Assembly (NCBI GenBank): GCA_046757665.1
Contig: JBHHYO010000017.1
Location: 1 to 37,559, forward strand
Length of the DNA stretch: 37,559 bases
Origin: Nitrospinales bacterium
Lineage (GTDB): Bacteria > Nitrospinota > Nitrospinia > Nitrospinales > JAJDAT01
Direction of reading: 5' to 3'
Part shown: positions 36,902 through 37,559 of the stretch, piece by piece
Layout of the letters: every line of letters starts with the position of its first letter
Position numbering within the stretch: the stretch's first letter is position 1
The notes under the pieces: model-generated
Seen by the model: only the letters and a program-made list of their open reading frames with translations
What the model was told of the DNA's origin: nothing
The model's database searches: none
Position numbers and translations under genes: made by a program

Positions 36902-36911
36902 GGAGGTCGCG

Positions 36912-37301
36912 GTGAAAACTTTTTCGACGTTGCGCCGGCAGGCCAGGCAAAGCGTGCCGATTGCGATTGTCGCCGTATCGTTGCTCGCCGCTGTGTACGA
37001 TCCGGCATGGGCGGACGCCGCAAGCGAACTCGCGCCCGGTGACGGACGCGACCTGGTCATCGACAACTGCACCGTCTGCCACTCCGCCAGGATCATCCTG
37101 CAAAACCACATGACCCGCCAGCGATGGGACGAAACCATCACCTGGATGCAGAAAAAACAGGGCCTGTGGGTACTGCAAAAAGAAGTCCGCGAAAAAATTC
37201 TCGATTACCTGGCGAAGACCCAGGGACCGGAAGAGCCAACAGCGCCGCGAAAACGCGCCAACAAGATGTACCGCTTCGACTACTCGCCAAACCCGCTGTG
37301 A
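36912..37301 (+). CDS. Monoheme cytochrome c, SorU/SorB-like electron acceptor of the sulfite dehydrogenase
   Basis: Signal peptide, CTVCHS, QNHMTRQRW..ITWMQKKQGLW, ILDYLA; AGGAGG RBS; directly downstream of the Mo enzyme. Confidence 0.88.
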   Translation: MKTFSTLRRQARQSVPIAIVAVSLLAAVYDPAWADAASELAPGDGRDLVIDNCTVCHSARIILQNHMTRQRWDETITWMQKKQGLWVLQKEVREKILDYLAKTQGPEEPTAPRKRANKMYRFDYSPNPL

Positions 37302-37310
37302 CACAACCGC

Positions 37311-37532
37311 GCCCCTGTCATGGTGAGCCCCCTTCGGCAGGCTCAGAGCAGGCTTTATCGAACCATGACAGTACCTGACCGAATCGCCCGCACCCGTTAC
37401 CCGCCCGATTGCGCTTGACCTTGATTAATCGCCGGATACGGGTCAGCCCATCCCACCCCGGCCCTGGGCCGGCCTGACCGGAGCCGGTTTTCGCGAAAAA
37501 AAAATTTTGAAAAACGAGGAACGAAATAGTCG
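37311..37532 (-). repeat. 222-bp repeat, right copy (inverted relative to 27145-27366)
   Basis: Reverse complement matches 27145-27366 except at 7 positions; begins 10 nt after the cytochrome c stop codon. Confidence 0.95.
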
Positions 37533-37559
37533 TCCCTGAAAAAGTCTAAAACCCGTATA

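Overview
GC-rich bacterial chromosomal fragment; the gene set (tandem DUF3365 cytochrome, FGE-fold proteins, SorT/U-type sulfite dehydrogenase) suggests a Nitrospinota-like or deltaproteobacteria-like organism, which is inference only. It has three blocks. (1) 242-4327: the tolQ-tolR-tolA-tolB operon on the minus strand, with an unusually long, internally repetitive TolA. (2) 4535-26652: a ~22 kb surface-polysaccharide locus containing gmd, a probable rmd, two GT4 glycosyltransferases, two large GT-C-like membrane proteins, a Wzm/Wzt exporter, a coiled-coil methyltransferase (probable chain terminator), a TylF/NovP methyltransferase, an RmlB-like dehydratase, WbqC and four radical SAM enzymes. 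Two of these are cobalamin-dependent, one has a C-terminal SPASM-like domain, and one has an N-terminal SPASM-like domain plus an Ig-like tail. The locus is bracketed by two direct copies of a ~115 bp REP-containing composite repeat. (3) 27367-37310: a ~10 kb redox/sulfur block with a di-heme DUF3365 cytochrome, an FGE-fold::CcdA fusion, TlpA, NifU-C, 4Fe-4S and 2Fe-2S ferredoxins, a JAB peptidase, an orphan MreB coupled to a GAF-GAF-degenerate GGDEF protein, and a Tat-exported sulfite dehydrogenase with a cytochrome c. This block is enclosed by a 222 bp inverted repeat pair (27145-27366 / 37311-37532) that is identical except for 7 substitutions clustered in 22 bp. No rRNA, tRNA, CRISPR array, transposase or integrase was recognised.
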